This document shows, piece after piece, positions 38,361-47,528 of a stretch of 64,000 nt of DNA (position 1 is its first letter; every line of letters starts with the position of its first letter). The position numbers and the translations under genes were made by a program. Origin of the DNA: Clostridia bacterium (GTDB lineage Bacteria; Bacillota; Clostridia; TANB77; CAG-508); NCBI GenBank assembly GCA_017437145.1, contig JAFSBT010000008.1, forward strand, positions 273,893 to 337,892, in the 5' to 3' direction. The notes under the pieces are model-generated. The model had not been told where the DNA came from and ran no database searches. It saw only the letters and a list, made by a program, of their open reading frames with translations.

Positions 38361-40229
38361 TTACAATTCAACCAAATTATATTCCATATTTGCTTTTCCT
38401 AATATTTCCTTCTCCCTATTAGAACATGTAAAAATAATAATTTGATTGTTTTTATAATTTTTATTTATATATTTTAAAATATTTTCCAATCTTTGATTAT
38501 CATAATATGCGAATGCTTCATCTAAAATTATTGGCATACTCTCTGTACTTATTTCTGACATTGCTGATAATCTTAAACTTAGATATAATTGATCAATCGT
38601 TCCTAAACTTAATGCTTTACATTCTATGTACTCACCATTTTTAAGTTCAACTACTAGTCCTCTATCGTCTGTAAAATTACATTTCTTATATGCTCCTTCA
38701 GAAATCACATCTACTATTTTAGATAATTCTTCTGTGAATTTCGGAGTAAATTTTTGTTTCATTTCAGAGTAAGATTCCTCAAGAGTTTCTTTTGCTATAT
38801 CCATTAATTCTTTTAATTTTAATAATTCTTCTTTTTGTTCATTCCAATGCTCAAATTCTTCATCTACTTTAGCCTCTTGCGCAACTTTTTTTAATATACT
38901 ATCTTTTTCAACTTCTAAAGTATGTAATTTAAATTTTGTTTTGTTTATTTCCTCTTCTAAACTTGCTATTTCCTCATTAGTAAAATCCTGTTTTAATAAA
39001 TATTTAATTTCATCAATAGCAATTTTATTTTTATATTCTGCAATGATATTTTCTTCGTTTTCTGTGACTTTTTCTTTTATGATCTTATTTAAACTTTCTA
39101 TTTCTTGTTTTCTTTTTTTAGAGTTTTCTTCTAAAATTTCTATTTCATATTTAATTTTTTTAGTTTGATTGTTTTTTTCTTTATATTTCTTTTTATTTTT
39201 AATTGAATCAATGATTAAATATACTATATAAAACATGACAATTCCACTAGCTGTATACATTAAATATGGATTTAAATCTACAAAAAGTGTTATAACATCA
39301 AATACAATCAAAATAGCAAATATAATCATTTTAACCATTTTGCTCATACCTTTTGTGCTGTTCTCTAAATCATTATTTTTTATTTTATTTTTATAAATTT
39401 CTATTTTCTCATCATCTTCTAGTTTCAAATTGTTATTTATATTTATTTTTTCTTTTTCTAAATTTAGTGATTCCTTCTTGTTTTTTATGTCTTTAATAAT
39501 ATTTACTTTAATTTCTTTTTCTTGTAAATTATTTTTTATATTATCTATTTGCTGATTTAAGTATTCAGTTTGTTCACTATCATTTTCAAAGCTGTTTTTT
39601 TCATTTTTTAAATATTCTAATTTTTCATTTACTATATTTAAAGGTCTTCCTGTAGTTCTTTCTGTTCCTATTTTTTCCAGCATTTCTTTGTTTAATTTAT
39701 CCATTGCTTTATTAAAAGAAACATTATCCTCTCCTGTAGCAAGTAAATTTGTAAGTTTTTGTATTAAGACATTTTGACCTTTTTCATCTAAGGTTACTCC
39801 TTGTTGTTCTACTAATGTTGTGTTTGAAAATAGGGTTTCGTCAATTTTTGTTTGTTCCAAAAAGAATTCATTACCTCTATTTTTATCAACATTAAAAGTT
39901 TTAGAAATATCTTCACCCTTTGAATTATATATTTTAGGATTTTTCTTTGAAAACTCCCTAAAAACTTCAAAGTGCTCACCATTATCTAATTCATATTTTA
40001 TTTTACCTGAATATTCTTTTTCTCCCCATGGTAAATATTTTTCAAAATCTGAAATATCTTTACCATTTTTATTTTTAGATGCACCGTAAAACATTGAAGA
40101 TATAAATTTAAACAATGTTGTTTTTCCCGCTTCATTATCGCCATAAATTAAATTTATATTATCTTTTAAGTTAATTTCTTTATCTGCTAATTTTCCAAAT
40201 CCATTAATTTTCATGTAATTTATTTTCAT
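38361..40229 (-). CDS. SbcC-like AAA ATPase (SMC-fold, YhaN/SbcE-like) with two internal predicted TM helices
   Basis: 622 aa; Walker A GDNEAGKTTL near N-terminus, long coiled-coil, Walker B/D-loop ILDEAFAYYD at C-terminus; hydrophobic stretch MIIFAILIVFDVITLFV...IVMFYIVYLIID mid-protein. Confidence 0.65.
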   Translation of the reverse strand: MKINYMKINGFGKLADKEINLKDNINLIYGDNEAGKTTLFKFISSMFYGASKNKNGKDISDFEKYLPWGEKEYSGKIKYELDNGEHFEVFREFSKKNPKIYNSKGEDISKTFNVDKNRGNEFFLEQTKIDETLFSNTTLVEQQGVTLDEKGQNVLIQKLTNLLATGEDNVSFNKAMDKLNKEMLEKIGTERTTGRPLNIVNEKLEYLKNEKNSFENDSEQTEYLNQQIDNIKNNLQEKEIKVNIIKDIKNKKESLNLEKEKININNNLKLEDDEKIEIYKNKIKNNDLENSTKGMSKMVKMIIFAILIVFDVITLFVDLNPYLMYTASGIVMFYIVYLIIDSIKNKKKYKEKNNQTKKIKYEIEILEENSKKRKQEIESLNKIIKEKVTENEENIIAEYKNKIAIDEIKYLLKQDFTNEEIASLEEEINKTKFKLHTLEVEKDSILKKVAQEAKVDEEFEHWNEQKEELLKLKELMDIAKETLEESYSEMKQKFTPKFTEELSKIVDVISEGAYKKCNFTDDRGLVVELKNGEYIECKALSLGTIDQLYLSLRLSAMSEISTESMPIILDEAFAYYDNQRLENILKYINKNYKNNQIIIFTCSNREKEILGKANMEYNLVEL

Positions 40230-41293
40230 AAAACACCTAATCCTATTTCAATTACTTTTTTTATTTGTTCTTCTGTATATTCATTATTATTTAATTTTTC
40301 TAAACATTTCTTCACAAAAATTCCTTTTAAATTATTCTGCTTTGATATAGCTTCTATGTCATATGGAACTTCCGAAAAATCTTTTATTTTAAGAATATTT
40401 TCTTGATTTATTAATTTTTGTATGTTGTTTAAATTAAGTTGAAAATTTTTATATCCTTTTAAAATAATTTTATACATATTATTATAATCTAGAAGTAAAG
40501 AATTTATTATTTCTACAAGCTCCTCCTCAGAATTTATTGTTGTAATATCAAGTTCTTTTTCTTCAAATATTCTTTTATCTAATTTTATAAAATCTATTTT
40601 TAATTTATTTTTTTCCAATTCAACATCTAGCATTCCATGTTCCCCCAATTCGTCAAATCCGCACGAAATTGCAGAACCAGGATAAATAATATTGGTATTT
40701 TCTTGATAATTAGCTTTATGAATATGTCCTAATGCAATATAATCAAAACCAAGTTTTTTTAAGTCTCCTTCACTTATTGGATTATAACTTGCATCTATTG
40801 CTTTACTAAAATTTAATGACCCATGAACTATTAAAACATTTATTTTATTTTTATTTTTTATTTGTATGTTTTCAATCCCTGAATTTTTACAATAAAAATC
40901 TGTAAATCCATAACCATATATATCAACATCTTCAAATTCATATCTTCTTATTTCAGAATCAAAAATATATACATTTTCATTCCATTTAAAAGTATTATAA
41001 AAAGAATTTTTTAAAAATGGATCATGATTTCCAGGGGTTATAAAAATTTTAGTATCTGGAATTGTTTTAAATAAGTTATTCACATATTCTATTGTGGATA
41101 ACTTTATATATTTATGTTCATATAAGTCTCCTGCAATAAAGAAATATGGAATTTTATTTTGCTTTATATATTCTATTGCATCTTTAAAAGCAGACCTTTG
41201 TTCAAGTCTGCGTAAATCTCCTAAATCTTTTTTCATTGCTAGCACTTTAAATGCATTATCCAAATGCATATCTGCTAAATGTATAAATCTCAT
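40226..41293 (-). CDS. SbcD-like metallophosphoesterase (DNA repair exonuclease subunit, YhaO/SbcF-like)
   Basis: 355 aa; MRFIHLADMHLD, GDLYEH, GNHD, GHIH calcineurin-like phosphoesterase motifs; start overlaps stop of ATPase gene. Confidence 0.7.
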   Translation of the reverse strand: MRFIHLADMHLDNAFKVLAMKKDLGDLRRLEQRSAFKDAIEYIKQNKIPYFFIAGDLYEHKYIKLSTIEYVNNLFKTIPDTKIFITPGNHDPFLKNSFYNTFKWNENVYIFDSEIRRYEFEDVDIYGYGFTDFYCKNSGIENIQIKNKNKINVLIVHGSLNFSKAIDASYNPISEGDLKKLGFDYIALGHIHKANYQENTNIIYPGSAISCGFDELGEHGMLDVELEKNKLKIDFIKLDKRIFEEKELDITTINSEEELVEIINSLLLDYNNMYKIILKGYKNFQLNLNNIQKLINQENILKIKDFSEVPYDIEAISKQNNLKGIFVKKCLEKLNNNEYTEEQIKKVIEIGLGVL

Positions 41294-41303
41294 AAAAATT
41301 CTC

Positions 41304-41873
41304 CTATTTATTTTCTAATTGCTTTATTAATTCATTCCTTGTAATTATTGTATTCACATGCATTGATTTACCTTTTTTTAATTGTAATTCAATTTTTTTA
41401 TCTAAAACATATAAAACCGCTTCATCTAAATTAATATCTAAAATTTTATTTAATTTTCCAATATCTTCAAAGTTTCTATCTTCGCTTGTCCTGTCTGCAA
41501 CAAATAAAATTTTTGCAAATATGTTCATATCAGGCATTCCTGTAGTATGCGCTTCTATAGCTTGTCCCATTTCTGGTGTAAATCCAAAATATTTTATTGA
41601 AAAATGTGCTCCTATTTTTGCATGTAATAAAGTAGTATTTTCTAATTCCATTTCATCAATTTGTATACGATTATTTTTCACATATTCTAATTTTTCTTTA
41701 GGTTCTAGCTCTTTTGCAATATCATGTGCTATACCTATTTTTTGCATTGTTTCAATATCAACTTCATACATATTAGCAATCTCTGCACATCTTTTCATTA
41801 CACATATACTATGATTGTATCTTTTTTCTGAAAGTTTACTTTTTACAACCTCTCTAATTTCTTCTAGGTTCAT
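41304..41873 (-). CDS. yqeK: HD-domain protein YqeK (bis(5'-nucleosyl)-tetraphosphatase)
   Basis: 189 aa; RYNHSICV...HDIAKE HD motif, typical YqeK length. Confidence 0.7.
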   Translation of the reverse strand: MNLEEIREVVKSKLSEKRYNHSICVMKRCAEIANMYEVDIETMQKIGIAHDIAKELEPKEKLEYVKNNRIQIDEMELENTTLLHAKIGAHFSIKYFGFTPEMGQAIEAHTTGMPDMNIFAKILFVADRTSEDRNFEDIGKLNKILDINLDEAVLYVLDKKIELQLKKGKSMHVNTIITRNELIKQLENK

Positions 41874-41916
41874 AGGAACACCTACCTTTCTATAAAAACA
41901 AATAAAACTTTTAACA

Positions 41917-41943
41917 GACGGACGACCACCGGTCGCCCCTACA
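41917..41943. repeat. GC-rich REP-like element
   Basis: gacggacgaccaccggtcgcccctaca. Confidence 0.7.
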
Positions 41944-41959
41944 TTTATTATTAACTATT

Positions 41960-42976
41960 TTATTCCATTGCTAATTTTATTAATTCATCCAATAGTTCTG
42001 AATATTTTAATCCTGAAGCTTCCCATAATTTGGGGTACATACTAATTTCTGTAAAACCAGGTATTGTATTTATTTCATTTATATATATATCATTTGTTTC
42101 TTCATTTACAAAAAAATCAACTCTTGAAAATCCTTTACCATCAATTGCTTTAAATGCTTTCACTGCTAAATGTCTTACTTTCTCTGTCAACTCTTGAGAA
42201 AGAGTAGCAGGTATAATTGTTTTAGATTCTTTGTTTTTATATTTTGCATCAAAACTATAGAACTCTTCTGCAGATTTAATTTCTCCTAAGACAGAAGCTT
42301 TAACATCTTCATTTCCTAAAATTGAACATTCAATTTCCTTACCTATAATGTTTTCTTCTATCAATATTTTGTTATCAAATTGTGCTGCATATTCTATATA
42401 TTCTTTTAATTTCTCACTGTTTTTAGCTTTATTTATTCCTACAGACGAACCAGAGTTTGAAGGCTTAACAAACATTGGATAATTAATTTTACTCTCTACT
42501 CTCTTACAAATATCTTCTAACTCCAAAATTTCTTCATTAAAATTTTTATTTATATAAATATATTTGTTTTTTACTTTTTTTATATAAACATAGTTTGCTT
42601 GTTTTATGCCCGCTCTGTCAAAAATAATCTTAGTATATACTTTATCCATAGCAATGCTTGATGCCAATACCTTGCACCCCACATAAGGTATACCTAATAA
42701 TTCTAACATTCCTTGTATCGTACCGTCTTCACCATATAATCCATGTAATACTGGGAATACTACATCTAGATTTTTTAAAAAGTTATTTATATCCTCTATT
42801 TTTTTATCTTCGCCATTGCTTTTGTCATACCAATTATTGTTTTTATCTATGAAAATATTATAAATTTCATATTTGTCTTTATTTAAATTATTTATAACGG
42901 AATTTGCAGAAATAACAGAAACTTCATGCTCTGTAGATTTCCCACCATAAATTATTCCTATTTTATTTTTTTGCAT
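41960..42976 (-). CDS. ddl: D-alanine--D-alanine ligase
   Basis: 338 aa ATP-grasp enzyme; MQKNKIGIIYGGKSTEHEVSVISA N-terminus. Confidence 0.9.
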   Translation of the reverse strand: MQKNKIGIIYGGKSTEHEVSVISANSVINNLNKDKYEIYNIFIDKNNNWYDKSNGEDKKIEDINNFLKNLDVVFPVLHGLYGEDGTIQGMLELLGIPYVGCKVLASSIAMDKVYTKIIFDRAGIKQANYVYIKKVKNKYIYINKNFNEEILELEDICKRVESKINYPMFVKPSNSGSSVGINKAKNSEKLKEYIEYAAQFDNKILIEENIIGKEIECSILGNEDVKASVLGEIKSAEEFYSFDAKYKNKESKTIIPATLSQELTEKVRHLAVKAFKAIDGKGFSRVDFFVNEETNDIYINEINTIPGFTEISMYPKLWEASGLKYSELLDELIKLAME

Positions 42977-42995
42977 TACAAATTTCCTTTCACTT

Positions 42996-44372
42996 TTACA
43001 TGATTTTTTCTAAGATTTTTGAAAAATTCATAGAATTTGATGCCTTGAGAAGAATTATATCTTCTTCTCTCATTATTTCTTTAATTTTTTCACTTGCCTC
43101 ATCAATAGAATTACATTCAAAAACATTTAACATTCCTTTTTCTTTTGATATTTTAGAAATGCTTTTTGCATATTCTCCAACAGTTATTAGTAAATCTATC
43201 TTATTACGTATAACTTCTTCTCCAACTTTCTCATGAAGCTCTTGTGTAAATTCTCCTAATTCTAGCATATTTCCTAGAATAGCAATTTTTCTACCACCTT
43301 TTGTATTTTTCAAAACTTCTAAAGCAGCTTTTACTGAATCAAAACTTGCATTATAGCTATCATTTATAACCGTTATATTTTCTTTTATTTTTTTTATATC
43401 CATTCTTTTGGCCGTTAATTTAAATTCAGCAATACCTTTTATAATTTTTTCTTCTGGAATATTAAATATCTTACCTGCAACAAAAGCACACAAACTATTA
43501 TAAACAAAATGTTCTCCCGATACAGGTACTGTAATTTCATATTTGTTTTCTTTTGATAACAATTCATACTTGCTACCATTATCTATTATTTCAATGTTAT
43601 CTGCTTTATACATACTATCACTATAAATTCCATATGTATTTACATTTGATAATTTTTCTGTATCATTCCACGAATTTAACAAATCATTATCATTGTTAAT
43701 AATAATGCTTCCATTTTTATCTAATCCTTCAAGCATTTCTAATTTTGCTTTTAATATATTTTCTCTTGAACCTAAATTTCCTATATGTGATGTTCCAATA
43801 TTAGTAAAAATTGCAACATTTGGTTTAGCAATCTTTGTAAGAGTTCTTATTTCACCGAAATGATTCATCCCCATTTCTACTACAGCAATATCATGGTCCT
43901 TTAATTTTAATAATGTTAAAGGAAGCCCTATGTGATTATTATAATTTCCTTCTGTTTTTAATACTTTAAATTGTTGAGATAGTACACTCGCTACTAAATC
44001 TTTTGTACTTGTTTTACCTACACTTCCTGTAATTGCAACTACTGGAATATTATTTTTTTCTCTTTTGTAATTTGCTAATTGTTGTATAGCTTTAATAGTA
44101 TCTTCAACTTGTATAATGCATTTTTCTGAATATTTTTCAATTATTTCTTGGTTAGGAGTTTTATCAACAATAGCTCCTATAGCTCCATTTTGTAATGCCA
44201 CTTCAACAAAGTCATTTCCATCTGCATTTTCTCCTTTTATTGCTAAATACATATCTCCTACTTGTATATTCTTTGTATTTCTCTCGAAATTTTCTATTTC
44301 ATTTTCATTGTTATTAGTAAGTAATTTGCCATTACATACTTCTAAAATTGTTTTTACTGTAATTTTTATCAT
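42996..44372 (-). CDS. murF: UDP-N-acetylmuramoyl-tripeptide--D-alanyl-D-alanine ligase
   Basis: 458 aa Mur ligase; ATP-binding VVAITGSVGKTSTKD. Confidence 0.9.
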   Translation of the reverse strand: MIKITVKTILEVCNGKLLTNNNENEIENFERNTKNIQVGDMYLAIKGENADGNDFVEVALQNGAIGAIVDKTPNQEIIEKYSEKCIIQVEDTIKAIQQLANYKREKNNIPVVAITGSVGKTSTKDLVASVLSQQFKVLKTEGNYNNHIGLPLTLLKLKDHDIAVVEMGMNHFGEIRTLTKIAKPNVAIFTNIGTSHIGNLGSRENILKAKLEMLEGLDKNGSIIINNDNDLLNSWNDTEKLSNVNTYGIYSDSMYKADNIEIIDNGSKYELLSKENKYEITVPVSGEHFVYNSLCAFVAGKIFNIPEEKIIKGIAEFKLTAKRMDIKKIKENITVINDSYNASFDSVKAALEVLKNTKGGRKIAILGNMLELGEFTQELHEKVGEEVIRNKIDLLITVGEYAKSISKISKEKGMLNVFECNSIDEASEKIKEIMREEDIILLKASNSMNFSKILEKIM

Positions 44373-44457
44373 TTTTTCTCCTTTGGTAATAAACTATTAT
44401 ACTTTTTCATATTTTATACCATTTTTTTTGAAATGGAAATAGTTTACTTGAAATTAG

Positions 44458-44487
44458 TTGACAAAAGTGCCTAAAAAAGTGTAAAAT
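44458..44487 (+). promoter_or_regulatory. sigma-A-type promoter of glycopolymer cluster (tagO-like)
   Basis: TTGACA - 18 nt - TAAAAT; RBS aaggaag at 44504-44510. Confidence 0.5.
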
Positions 44488-44519
44488 TGTTACGGAAATA
44501 ATGAAAGGAAGTGCTTTTT

Positions 44520-45605
44520 ATGTGGGGAGATATAGCAATAGCTTTTTTACTTGCAGTTATTACAGCATACGTTGTAACACCTTATACTATTAGATTTGCA
44601 AGAAAAGTGCGTGCTGTTGACATTCCAAGAGGTAATAAAAGAAAAATTCACAAACGTGTAATGCCCAGGCTAGGCGGACTTGCTGTCATAGCTGGTTTTG
44701 CTGTGTCTGTAATTTATTTGCTAATTGTTATGACTCTTGAAGGTTCAGCTTCTTTTGAAAGCTATTATACTCAATTAATAGGTTTCTTTGCTGGAGCTTT
44801 AGTTTTAAGCATTTTCTGTTTTATAGATGATTTAAAAGGAATTCCTGCTATAGTTAAGCTATTAGGCCAAATCATTGCAGCTTGTATAGTAGTTTTCACA
44901 GGAACTTCTATTGAAAGAATTGAATTATTTAATCTTTCGGGAACATTTGTTAACAACGAAACTTTCTTATTAGTTTTTACTGTAATTTGGATTGTAGGAA
45001 TAACAAATGCTATAAATTTAATTGATGGATTAGATGGACTTTCTTCTGGTATTTGTTTGATTTCTTGTATTTCGCTACTTATAATCTTTGCACTTAACGA
45101 TTCACCTATGATATCAATTATTCTTGTAACTGCTTTAGCAGGTGCGGTTTTAGGATTCTTGCCTTTTAATTTTAATCCTGCTAGAACCTTTATTGGAGAT
45201 ACAGGTTCTAACTTTTTAGGTTTTGCGTTAGCTATAATTGCAATAATTGGTGCGGCTAAAACTTATACAGCGATAGTTCTTATTGCTCCATTAATTGTAT
45301 TAGCAATACCTTTATTAGATACTACACTCGCAATCTTTAGAAGAATGATTAAAACTAAATCGCTAAAAGGTATTTTCCAAGCAGATAAAGAACATTTACA
45401 TCATAAAATCATGAAAAGAGGTTATTCACAAAAACAAGCTGTATTTATGCTATATGGTTTAACTGCTACATTAGGTATGTTTGCAATAATTTTATTAGAA
45501 AGCGGAATTTGGAAAGCATTATCTTTTGCTTTAATGGTTATTGCAATAATTGCTGTAGGATATAAAGATTTAATGAAATTAAGAAAAGATGAGGAAACTG
45601 ATTAA
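44520..45605 (+). CDS. tagO: UDP-GlcNAc:undecaprenyl-phosphate GlcNAc-1-phosphate transferase (TagO/TarO/WecA, MraY-like GT4)
   Basis: ATG at 44520 (MWGDIAIAFLL...) preferred over GTG 44511; polytopic; conserved NAINLIDGLDGL motif. Confidence 0.8.
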   Translation: MWGDIAIAFLLAVITAYVVTPYTIRFARKVRAVDIPRGNKRKIHKRVMPRLGGLAVIAGFAVSVIYLLIVMTLEGSASFESYYTQLIGFFAGALVLSIFCFIDDLKGIPAIVKLLGQIIAACIVVFTGTSIERIELFNLSGTFVNNETFLLVFTVIWIVGITNAINLIDGLDGLSSGICLISCISLLIIFALNDSPMISIILVTALAGAVLGFLPFNFNPARTFIGDTGSNFLGFALAIIAIIGAAKTYTAIVLIAPLIVLAIPLLDTTLAIFRRMIKTKSLKGIFQADKEHLHHKIMKRGYSQKQAVFMLYGLTATLGMFAIILLESGIWKALSFALMVIAIIAVGYKDLMKLRKDEETD

Positions 45606-46075
45606 TGAAAAAAGTATTATTTATTTCTAGTACAGGTGGACATTTAAATGAATTAATGCAACTGGAACCAATTTTTAATAAATACGAATACTTTATAATT
45701 ACGGAAAAGGATAAGTCTACTATTGACCTAAAAAATAAGTACGACAAAAAAATTTCATACTTATTTTATGGTACTAGAAAAAAGTTTTTTAGCTATCCTT
45801 TTATTTTTATTGCAAACTGTTTTAAAAGTTTATTTTTATATGTAAAACTACGACCAAAATATATTGTAACTACTGGAACTCATACGGCAGTTCCAATTTG
45901 TTATATTGGAAAATTATTTGGCTCAAGAATAATTTTTATTGAAAGTTTTGCAAATAAAAATACAAAAACTTTATCTGGTAAAATGATTTACCCTATTTCT
46001 AATTTATTTATAGTTCAATGGGAAGAAATGTTAAAACTATATCCAAAAGCAGTTTTAGGAGGTTCAATTTATTAA
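45605..46075 (+). CDS. Alg14-like glycosyltransferase accessory subunit (PssD/Cps14F family)
   Basis: 156 aa; MKKVLFISSTGGHLNELMQL, typical Alg14-like membrane-anchor/enhancer subunit; stop overlaps next start (taATG). Confidence 0.7.
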   Translation: MKKVLFISSTGGHLNELMQLEPIFNKYEYFIITEKDKSTIDLKNKYDKKISYLFYGTRKKFFSYPFIFIANCFKSLFLYVKLRPKYIVTTGTHTAVPICYIGKLFGSRIIFIESFANKNTKTLSGKMIYPISNLFIVQWEEMLKLYPKAVLGGSIY

Positions 46076-46554
46076 TGATTTTAGTATTATTAGGAACTCA
46101 AAATAATAGCTTTGAGAGATTATTAAATAAAATAAATGAATGTATAGAAAAGAATATAATTACTGACCATGTTATTGTTCAAGCGGGTCATACAAAATTC
46201 ACTTCAGATAAAATGGAAATATTTGATTTTATTCCTTTGGCTAAAATGAATACTCTATTAAATGAAGCGGATTTGATTATTACACATGGTGGAGTAGGTT
46301 CAATTACTTCAGCACTTAAACTTGGAAAGAAAGTTATTGCAGTTTCAAGATTAAAAGAATTTAATGAGCATGTAAATAATCATCAAATACAAATTATAGA
46401 TGCATTTGACGCAAATGGATATTTAAAAGGAACTCATAACGTTGATGATATAGAAGAAATATTAAAAAATATATCTAGTTTTAAACCAACTAAATTTATT
46501 AGTAATACTGGAAATATTTTAAATATAGTTTCAGAATTTATTGATAATAATTAA
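46075..46554 (+). CDS. Alg13-like glycosyltransferase catalytic subunit (PssE/Cps14G family, GT28 C-terminal domain)
   Basis: Start ATG 46075 (MILVLLGTQNNSFERLL...) rather than ORF-track 46018; ITHGGVGSI motif. Confidence 0.7.
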   Translation: MILVLLGTQNNSFERLLNKINECIEKNIITDHVIVQAGHTKFTSDKMEIFDFIPLAKMNTLLNEADLIITHGGVGSITSALKLGKKVIAVSRLKEFNEHVNNHQIQIIDAFDANGYLKGTHNVDDIEEILKNISSFKPTKFISNTGNILNIVSEFIDNN

Positions 46555-46567
46555 GAAAGGATAAAAA

Positions 46568-47527
46568 ATGCCTAAAGTAAGTATAATTGTTCCAGTATAT
46601 AATACTGAAAAATATTTAGATAAATGTTTAAATTCTTTGGTAAATCAAACCTTACAAGATATAGAAATTATTGTTGTTAATGATGGTTCAAAAGATAACT
46701 CTGAAGCAATAATAAATAAATTTAAACAAAATTATTCAGATAAAATAGTTTATTTAAATAAACAAAATGGTGGTTTATCTGATGCTAGAAATTATGCTAT
46801 ACCATATGTTAAATCTGAATATATAGGATTTGTAGATTCTGATGACTATGTTGAACTTGATATGTTCGAAAAAATGTACAACATAGCTATTGAAAAAAAT
46901 TTAGACTTAGTTGAATGTAATTTTAATTGGGAATATCCAAATAAAACAAAAGATGATTGTGGAGTTAATTATTTAACAAAAGGAGATTTATTCTTACTAG
47001 GAAGAGTAATGGTATGCAATAAATTATTTAAAGCATCAATCATAAAAGAAAATAATATTACATTTCCAAAATTATTAAATTATGAAGATATAGAATTTTT
47101 TTATAAATTAGCACCATATTTTGAAAATTCTTACCTGTTGCCTAATAGTTTTTATCATTATATTCAAAGAAAAAATTCTATAATAAATAATCAAAATGAA
47201 AAAACAGCAGATATTTTTATAATTTTAAATAACATTATTGAATTTTATAAAAATAATAATTTATTTGATAATTATAAAAATGAATTAGAATATTTATATA
47301 TTAGATTTTTGTTAGGTAGTTCATTTTTAAGAATTGTTAAAATAAAAAATAAAAAATTAAAAAAAGAATTATTAAATAAATCTATAAATGAATTATATTT
47401 AAAATTCCCAAATTGGAAAAATAATAAATTATTAAAAATAAAAAGTAAAAAAAATATGTATTATAAATCTGTAAATAAATTTACATTTAAAATATATTCT
47501 TTTATTTTTAAATTTAAAGGAGCATAA
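46568..47527 (+). CDS. family 2 glycosyltransferase
   Basis: 319 aa; VSIIVPVYNTEKYLDKCLNSLVNQT...VNDGSKD, DSDD motif. Confidence 0.8.
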   Translation: MPKVSIIVPVYNTEKYLDKCLNSLVNQTLQDIEIIVVNDGSKDNSEAIINKFKQNYSDKIVYLNKQNGGLSDARNYAIPYVKSEYIGFVDSDDYVELDMFEKMYNIAIEKNLDLVECNFNWEYPNKTKDDCGVNYLTKGDLFLLGRVMVCNKLFKASIIKENNITFPKLLNYEDIEFFYKLAPYFENSYLLPNSFYHYIQRKNSIINNQNEKTADIFIILNNIIEFYKNNNLFDNYKNELEYLYIRFLLGSSFLRIVKIKNKKLKKELLNKSINELYLKFPNWKNNKLLKIKSKKNMYYKSVNKFTFKIYSFIFKFKGA

Positions 47528-47528
47528 A

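Noticed and set aside
46018-46074. Extended N-terminus for the Alg13-like gene (ORF-track start 46018) and GTG start at 44511 for tagO
   Set aside because: Both extensions overlap the preceding gene or promoter. ATG starts at 46075 (taATG coupling) and 44520 (10 nt after aaggaag RBS) fit the signals better.
45605-46554. Alg14-like and Alg13-like ORFs as another frameshift-split gene
   Set aside because: These two domains are normally encoded as separate proteins in bacteria (Cps14F/Cps14G, PssD/PssE arrangement). The junction is a clean stop/start overlap, not an out-of-frame overlap.
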